IMG/VR virus record: IMGVR_UViG_3300033076_000672
Coordinates: 1 to 51,121 of that record
DNA from: a virus
Lineage: Duplodnaviria; Caudoviricetes
Strand: one strand, 5' to 3'
DNA length: 51,121 nucleotides
In this document: piece after piece, positions 46,751 to 51,121 of the stretch
Numbering within the stretch: the first letter of the stretch is position 1
Layout: each line of letters begins with the position of its first letter
Program-made: the position numbers and the translations under genes
The notes under the pieces: generated by a model
Database searches by the model: none
What the model saw: only the letters and a program-made list of their open reading frames with translations
Told to the model about the DNA's origin: nothing

Positions 46751-47421
46751 GGATTGGGCTCCTGTTGTTGAGTGGCTTGCATGATTCGCAGTGTCACGGC
46801 GCTGGCTACGGCAGCATCCGTGTCGATCTGTTTGAGTACCTCCATGGCACGGCTCACAGCTTTTTCCTGTTTCTCGTGCTTGACGCCCAGACGGTCGATG
46901 TAGTTCTGCGGAATGTAGATACGCAGGTCAGGCCACAGTTTGAGGGCTTCGTTGAGCGACTTGGTGTTCAGCAGGAACTGATTCACGTCGGTGCCGATCT
47001 TGTTCCACTTGGTCGAGATCGCCCGGAAATTCCTCTCGTATTCGACGTGCTCTACCACGTCGGGATCGTCGCAGGCTACATGCAGCTTGGGGTAGTACGT
47101 TTCTGCTTTGGGTGGGGCAAGGTGGTACCCGCCCATGATGCCTACTGTGACGCTAATATCTCGAGCCGACGACGGGTCTCCGGGAACCTCCTCGTACGTT
47201 GTGCGCAGTTGCAGATTCTCGATCTTGCTACACCACTCTTTGGGGGTAATGTCGCGCAGTTTGGCGTGCTCGCCCCAGAACTTTGCGATCAGTCGGGGAT
47301 CATCGGGCTGCAGGATCGGCACGCCGGGTTTGGTCAGCAGCGCTTGCTCAGCATTTGCTTTGGTGCGGATGGTACGACTAACGTCCTCACGCAGTTGTTG
47401 TGAAATTGCCACATAGGTCAT
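46747..47421 (-). CDS. Hypothetical protein, possibly Nmad5-like
   Basis: 224 aa; SLNEALKLWPDL motif; family assignment tentative. Confidence 0.55.
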   Translation of the reverse strand: MTYVAISQQLREDVSRTIRTKANAEQALLTKPGVPILQPDDPRLIAKFWGEHAKLRDITPKEWCSKIENLQLRTTYEEVPGDPSSARDISVTVGIMGGYHLAPPKAETYYPKLHVACDDPDVVEHVEYERNFRAISTKWNKIGTDVNQFLLNTKSLNEALKLWPDLRIYIPQNYIDRLGVKHEKQEKAVSRAMEVLKQIDTDAAVASAVTLRIMQATQQQEPNP

Positions 47422-47433
47422 AAGTTTCTCCAG

Positions 47434-48042
47434 TCAGTTAGTTTCGGAAGGGTCAATGTCGTTGGCTTCAAGCCACTCTAGTACTACTTCGTCGCTGGTC
47501 AGGTAGTCATACTCCTTCTCCAGCTGTCTATACAGGTCTCGCATGTGATCTCGCAAGTCCTCCTGTATCTTTTCGGTCAGGGCCAGCATGACCTGCTGGC
47601 CCATCGCGGCATCCCATACTTGGCCACGGAACACTTCTTCGTCTGGCGGTGGTAGACCGCCATAGTATCCTGACGTGTATGGGTTCTCAACGAGGAACAC
47701 TTCGTCAGCGTAGCTGACGCTGTACTCATGGTAGTAGTGTCCGCTGTGGGTCCACCTGTACGCCCAGTTGTTGGTGGCCGTATCCACCAGTATAGGGTCG
47801 GTGTACCCGAGGTGGGCTAAGTATTTCCCCCAATCTCGGACCCAGCCCTCGAACATGGCACCGTCGCCTTGGCTCCAGAAGCCAGACCAGTACACGTTAT
47901 CCACGTAGATGCCAATGGCCTCCATGCGCTCCTTGAACTCGGAGATTACAAAGTCAGCCCAGTCGACACCGTCGACGCAAACATCCCGGTACTTGTCGAT
48001 CAGCTCGTCGGGATACTTAGTTGGTGACTTCGACGTAGGCAT
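47434..48042 (-). CDS. Acidic protein with WSGFWSQGDGA motif
   Basis: YWSGFWSQGDGAMFEG...LYRQLEKEYDYLTSDE; function unknown. Confidence 0.75.
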   Translation of the reverse strand: MPTSKSPTKYPDELIDKYRDVCVDGVDWADFVISEFKERMEAIGIYVDNVYWSGFWSQGDGAMFEGWVRDWGKYLAHLGYTDPILVDTATNNWAYRWTHSGHYYHEYSVSYADEVFLVENPYTSGYYGGLPPPDEEVFRGQVWDAAMGQQVMLALTEKIQEDLRDHMRDLYRQLEKEYDYLTSDEVVLEWLEANDIDPSETN

Positions 48043-48871
48043 CGTTGTTCTCGTAGAAGATATTGCGCAGTTCTTTGAGCCCGCGCTCCATGGCCTTCAT
48101 CAGCCACTCACGCATCACCTGCTCAGGCTCACGCCGGGTGTAAGACCGGGTGGCTTTGTCCCAAACGTGTAGGTCCGGACGTGGCACGTTGTACCCGCCG
48201 ATAGCCATGAGGGCCATGACGTCATCGCCGATCGGATTAGCGAGGTCGATCTCGGTAAGTGACCTGTACGTTTCTACTTTGATATCCCAACGGTTCATCA
48301 TGTACTGCCTAGCGAAGTCATCGAAGCTACCAAGGCGAATCATTGTGCGGGTCAGCTTGCGTATCTGATCAAATTCTTTGCGGGCCTTCTGGACATGCTC
48401 GTTGGTGATAACCATCTTGATATCGGGCTGCGGATTGAGCAGCTTTGCGCCGCCGTTCGTCACATCCCATTGCATACCAGCGAAGTAGGGTTCGGAGTTG
48501 TGATACCCATGGTCTTTGCAGTACACACGAACGTGTTGCTTATGGTTGCCAAACTGCCGCTTGTTGAGGCCCACAGCCCAGCCGGTCAACGAAGTCAGGC
48601 GGTTGCAGATGGTCACCTCGCCTTCATACGTCATGGTCAGCACGTCAGCGGGCGTGATCGTGGCCAGCGGGACTTCCTCGGTGATCTTGTGCCAGCCCTT
48701 GCTGTCCTGCTCCCACCGCACCCACCGGTTGTGGGTGATCTCGAAGTGGTCGCCGCGGTCGTACAGGTTGCAGTCTTTGAAGATGGACTTGTGCTCTCGG
48801 CTCTTGAGCTTGGTCTTGAACAACCGAGAGCATTCAGCGTAGGTGAGGGCGGCGTGGCGTTTACGTGCCAT
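48017..48871 (-). CDS. Hypothetical protein
   Basis: 284 aa; AGGAG SD. Confidence 0.75.
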   Translation of the reverse strand: MARKRHAALTYAECSRLFKTKLKSREHKSIFKDCNLYDRGDHFEITHNRWVRWEQDSKGWHKITEEVPLATITPADVLTMTYEGEVTICNRLTSLTGWAVGLNKRQFGNHKQHVRVYCKDHGYHNSEPYFAGMQWDVTNGGAKLLNPQPDIKMVITNEHVQKARKEFDQIRKLTRTMIRLGSFDDFARQYMMNRWDIKVETYRSLTEIDLANPIGDDVMALMAIGGYNVPRPDLHVWDKATRSYTRREPEQVMREWLMKAMERGLKELRNIFYENNDAYVEVTN

Positions 48872-48907
48872 GGTTTTCTCCTGAGTAAGTAAGTTGAGAA
48901 GTTGTGG

Positions 48908-49159
48908 TCAGTTTGCTTTGTCGAAGCGGCTGGCGACCAGCAGAGCCATCGCCGCTTCCATTGCTTCTACCTTGGTAGGTATGTCGATTTGCGCGTCCGA
49001 TAGTGCAACGTTGCTTCGGTGTAGGAGTGCGAGGAACGAGCCCTTCTCATGGTCATAGGCGACTGACGCGATCTGTTTATTGAATGGGTTTTCGTCGTCG
49101 ACTAGGTAGAGCACTGCGCGGTAGGGGCTGATGTCAGCCCACTCAAGCCTCTGTCCCAC
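48908..49159 (-). CDS. Small early hypothetical protein
   Basis: Start refined to GTG 49159 after GGAG. Confidence 0.6.
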   Translation of the reverse strand: MGQRLEWADISPYRAVLYLVDDENPFNKQIASVAYDHEKGSFLALLHRSNVALSDAQIDIPTKVEAMEAAMALLVASRFDKAN

Positions 49160-49403
49160 TGGCTTTCTCCAAGCGTTCACGCACATCGAACGCATCACCT
49201 GCGTCGGGGAAATGCCTGCGGACAAACTCGACGAACGTTTCTAGTTCAGCGATGTACTCGTCTTGCTCGTCGATGGTGGACTGCCTGTTGTCCAGTTCGG
49301 ACTCAGGGTCTCCAGCTACGGATTGGAGTCTATTGACTTCGTTCAGCGCTGACTCAAGCTCTTCCTCCATTTGGGAGACCATGTCTTGAATTGATCGAGC
49401 CAT
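49143..49403 (-). CDS. Acidic coiled-coil protein
   Basis: 86-aa ORF. Confidence 0.7.
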   Translation of the reverse strand: MARSIQDMVSQMEEELESALNEVNRLQSVAGDPESELDNRQSTIDEQDEYIAELETFVEFVRRHFPDAGDAFDVRERLEKASGTEA

Positions 49404-49404
49404 G

Positions 49405-49644
49405 TCACAGGTCCAAGTTCAGTTGTTTGAGCGCCGCCTGCAATCCAGCCAACCCACCCACACGCTGGCCGTCGATGAAGATTTGAGGCATCTGGCGGGC
49501 TTCGGGGTGCTTGGCCAACAAGTGCCGCATGTACGGCTCAAAGCCTGCGTCGATCATTTCGTAGTCCAGCCCCTTGGACTCCAGCAGCTTCTTCGCTGCG
49601 TCACAGTTGGGGCAGTTGCTCTTGGTGTAGATGGTGATGTTCAT
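49405..49644 (-). CDS. Glutaredoxin
   Basis: YTKSNCPNC...MPQIFIDG..VGG. Confidence 0.93.
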   Translation of the reverse strand: MNITIYTKSNCPNCDAAKKLLESKGLDYEMIDAGFEPYMRHLLAKHPEARQMPQIFIDGQRVGGLAGLQAALKQLNLDL

Positions 49645-50123
49645 TTGATTTCCTTCACACTGGGTAAGTAGGTTACGCCACGCTTGGTGGCAAACTGGTT
49701 TTTGGCATACGCCAACGCACGCTCCATGTCCTTGATAGTGATGACGTCCATCTGCGCGTCATGCAACTCCATGAGCAAGTTGAGCTTGGTGATCTCTGGC
49801 CCGGTGGGTATGTATCGCTTGTGCTCCACAGCCCGGTGGGCGATCCCAATGATGGCCTCACGCCCACCAACGCAGACCTCGCCGTACTCCTTACCAAAGC
49901 CCAGCTGATACAAGGCCTCGGTAATGTTGGACATGGCGATCAGGATATCCATATCGTCTCGTGTTGCTTCGCCGCGCAGCAGGCAGCGCATTGCTTCGCT
50001 GTTTTTGATCTTCAAGTCCAGCAGATAGTTCTCGTGCTTGGCCACCGGAACCAGCGACTCCATGACATAAGCGATCGGGTTGGCAATGATGCCCTTGGGG
50101 CGGTACTTACTACGTTTGCGCAT
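49641..50123 (-). CDS. Hypothetical protein
   Basis: 160 aa; MRKRSKYRPK N-terminus; coupled to the glutaredoxin gene. Confidence 0.75.
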   Translation of the reverse strand: MRKRSKYRPKGIIANPIAYVMESLVPVAKHENYLLDLKIKNSEAMRCLLRGEATRDDMDILIAMSNITEALYQLGFGKEYGEVCVGGREAIIGIAHRAVEHKRYIPTGPEITKLNLLMELHDAQMDVITIKDMERALAYAKNQFATKRGVTYLPSVKEIK

Positions 50124-50126
50124 GGC

Positions 50127-50372
50127 TTATTGTCTGGTGTTGTCCTTACACGAATCCAACAGGTCGTCCATGTCTTCGTCGCTCAGAGGTGTGGCCTGCT
50201 CGAAGAACTCTCCAGTGGTGATCAGCCTCTGGATTTCAGCCAGCAGCTCCTGCAGTTCTTCTTGCGTGCCCTCGAAGTTATCGAAGCACCCGGGTGCGAA
50301 TATGATCTTGCGCTCACCGCTTTCGGCTGATAAAGATGTGGGGTCGTCGTTCTGGTTCGAGTCTTGGTTCAT
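50127..50372 (-). CDS. Acidic hypothetical protein
   Basis: FAPGCFDNFEGTQEEL motif; GGAG SD. Confidence 0.7.
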   Translation of the reverse strand: MNQDSNQNDDPTSLSAESGERKIIFAPGCFDNFEGTQEELQELLAEIQRLITTGEFFEQATPLSDEDMDDLLDSCKDNTRQ

Positions 50373-50583
50373 CTGCTTGCTCCATTCTGATGGTTACGAT
50401 TGTCATTGCTCTTGCTTCTTCCTCAGTAGGGAATTTCCCGATGAGGCTGTCATCGCGTCGGCGAGCTTCCCACTCACCGAATATGTGTTGTACGCTGGCT
50501 AGTACGCGAGCTTGGCCATAACGGTCTTCGCTCTCAAGGAACGAAAGCGTGTCGGACTTATCACGCCAGTCCATTATCGCCAC
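50314..50583 (-). CDS. Small early hypothetical protein
   Basis: ...FPTEEEARAM; exact start uncertain. Confidence 0.55.
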   Translation of the reverse strand: MAIMDWRDKSDTLSFLESEDRYGQARVLASVQHIFGEWEARRRDDSLIGKFPTEEEARAMTIVTIRMEQADEPRLEPERRPHIFISRKR

Positions 50584-50783
50584 TCCGAATCAAGGGGCTG
50601 GCAGTTGTTGTCTACATACTTGCGGATGTAGTGATTGGGTTTGCCGGTCACCCAGTACGGGATGTGTCCAAGCTGCATACGAATGGCCACCAACATGGCA
50701 ACACGTTCGTCCTTACGTGCTTGGTTCTTGGCGCGTTTCTTTCTGCGTCTGCGGGCTTTGCCGCTGATCTTTTCAACTGGCAT
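50574..50783 (-). CDS. Small basic hypothetical protein
   Basis: R/K-rich, 69 aa; AAGGA SD. Confidence 0.55.
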   Translation of the reverse strand: MPVEKISGKARRRRKKRAKNQARKDERVAMLVAIRMQLGHIPYWVTGKPNHYIRKYVDNNCQPLDSEWR

Positions 50784-51015
50784 GATTCATCCTTTCTGCC
50801 ACAAGCTCGACCAACTTGTCGTGGCACATCTTCGTGATCTCTTCCCTTCGCTGGTCGTCCTTGACACTGATCTGAAACGGCCCGCCGCCCTGGGAATACA
50901 CCTTGGCCAGCATCATGCTGGTACCCGATGTAAGAATGGTCTCGTGCAGGTAGTACACGACCGTGCCGAAGTTGTTGTGCTTGCACCAACGAAACCGCGG
51001 AATGCTAAATGGCAT
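50773..51015 (-). CDS. Small early hypothetical protein
   Basis: 80 aa; AAGGA SD. Confidence 0.6.
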   Translation of the reverse strand: MPFSIPRFRWCKHNNFGTVVYYLHETILTSGTSMMLAKVYSQGGGPFQISVKDDQRREEITKMCHDKLVELVAERMNHAS

Positions 51016-51121
51016 GGTTCATCCTTGCGCATACCTCCAGCCAGATCTTGGCTTCGGGGATGTTGTCGAAGTTGCCCGTGGGGAATCGGCGGACAACCTC
51101 GTTGCCATCCTCAACGCCCTC
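51005..51121 (-). CDS. 3' end of a small early protein, truncated by the window edge
   Basis: Open frame ...FDNIPEAKIWLEVCARMNHAI*. Confidence 0.5.
   Translation of the reverse strand, partial: EGVEDGNEVVRRFPTGNFDNIPEAKIWLEVCARMNHAI

Noticed and set aside
1-51121. Complete circular genome or terminal repeats; prophage att sites; tRNAs
   Set aside because: The window ends share no repeat and cut different ORFs; no integrase or cloverleaf was seen.

Overview
About 51 kb of a tailed dsDNA phage with podovirus-type architecture. The host is probably a Gram-negative proteobacterium (inference from sigma70-type promoters and gene content). There is no integrase, tRNA or CRISPR array. The + strand (3.9-33.7 kb) carries terminase, portal, scaffold, major capsid, two adaptor proteins, several tail-fibre genes, a holin/GH108 lysis cassette, the nozzle, a GNAT, two ejection proteins and a 2263-aa polyvalent protein. 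The - strand (33.7-51.1 kb and 1-3.2 kb) carries primase-helicase, SSB, SNF2 helicase, VRR-NUC, a Cas4-like exonuclease, a family A DNA polymerase and many small early genes. The main finding is a 281-aa intein in polymerase motif B with no in-frame endonuclease. Instead, a complete 239-aa HNH endonuclease with its own Shine-Dalgarno (SD) is overprinted in another frame across the intein, including the splicing blocks. Dual coding recurs elsewhere: four small +1-frame ORFs (three with their own SD) sit inside the giant ejection protein, starting just after folded domains, and two early-gene groups overlap extensively. Also noted are a tandem structured RNA motif before the scaffold gene, five promoters that all have 16-bp spacers, and an iteron-like origin candidate. 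All family assignments come from motif recognition by eye; no database searches were run.
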